A program made the position numbers and the translations under genes. From NCBI GenBank assembly GCA_963665095.1, contig OY762069.1, positions 3,136,001 through 3,200,000 on the forward strand: a DNA stretch of 64,000 nt, given 5' to 3'. This document shows positions 63,429 to 64,000 of the stretch, piece by piece; positions within the stretch are counted from its first letter, which is position 1; the number at the start of each line of letters is the position of its first letter. A model generated the notes under the pieces. The model worked only from the letters and a program-made list of their open reading frames with translations, had not been told where the DNA came from and did no database searches. Source of the stretch: an uncultured Desulfobacter sp. (GTDB lineage Bacteria; Desulfobacterota; Desulfobacteria; Desulfobacterales; Desulfobacteraceae).

Positions 63429-63651
63429 TGCAAAGCAGAATCTCTTTCCTACGAGGCTGCCATTTAACATTTTGATATACCCAGGGATTTAAACGTGGTA
63501 TATATCCACCCCGAACCAGGGGAGGAGATCATGCCCGGATCTTATAACCGGGAATTGGGAAACGGTAAGGTCCAGGCCATGATATTCGGAAACAAATATC
63601 CCATAAGTTAAAAACAAACAAATGTAGATGCTTCATAATAATGGAAATCTA

Positions 63652-64000
63652 ATGATACGAAAAGCCCTCATAGATGATGTTCACGCCATTCATGCCCTGC
63701 TTGGATATTATGCAAATAAAGGAGAGTTGCTAGGCAGACCTTTAAGCAACCTGTACGACCATCTTCGGGATTTTTGGGTACATGAAGATGAGGATTCTGG
63801 AAAGATAACCGGCTGTGCGGCCCTGGCTTTCTGCTGGGAGGATATCGCAGAAATCCGATCTGTAGCGGTACATGCAGACATTCAGGGTATCGGCATAGGG
63901 TCCGCTCTGACTGAACGGTGCATCCAGGAAGCTTTCTATTTCAAGATAAAAACCCTGTTCACACTGACCTACCGGCCCGATTTTTTCGCCCGGTTTGGGT
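63652..64000 (+). CDS. GNAT N-acetyltransferase, short ArgA-like (3' partial, not in ORF track)
   Basis: Manual translation MIRKALIDDVHAIHALL..LYDHLRDF..WEDIAEIRSVAV..QGIGIG..LFTLTYRPDFF. Confidence 0.88.
   Translation, partial: MIRKALIDDVHAIHALLGYYANKGELLGRPLSNLYDHLRDFWVHEDEDSGKITGCAALAFCWEDIAEIRSVAVHADIQGIGIGSALTERCIQEAFYFKIKTLFTLTYRPDFFARFG

Noticed and set aside
1..64000. Selenoprotein (UGA read-through), CRISPR array, prophage or IS transposase
   Set aside because: No TGA at a catalytic Cys position with continued homology, no regularly spaced repeats, and no integrase, transposase or phage genes found by eye.

Overview
Bacterial chromosomal window. Gene content and protein sequences suggest a sulfate-reducing Desulfobacteraceae-like deltaproteobacterium (inference, no database search run). 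Left (+ strand): partial HDOD protein, selA, degenerate GGDEF/TPR protein, gmhA, a deoxyhypusine-synthase-like protein, a cobalamin riboswitch ahead of a cNMP-domain AraC regulator, an M20 amidohydrolase with a polar amino acid ABC transporter, serC-serA, a decayed PEP-CTERM gene, FmdB-hemC-cobA/hemD-moaA, a diguanylate cyclase and a hybrid histidine kinase. Middle (- strand): the tRNA-rpmG-secE-nusG-rplKAJL-rpoBC-str-S10-spc-alpha supercluster, lacking fusA, the tRNA-linked tuf copy, adk and map. Right (+ strand): mltD-like lytic transglycosylase, tRNA-Arg, U32 protein, cheA-cheW-cheB-cheR-HEAT/REC cluster and a partial ArgA-like GNAT. Most notable: a ~100-aa parvulin-like domain inserted in RNA polymerase beta', a ~240-nt structured candidate ncRNA of unrecognised class upstream of the tRNA operon, a B12 riboswitch controlling a transcription factor, and a structured rplC-rplD spacer. 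All pairings were found by eye.
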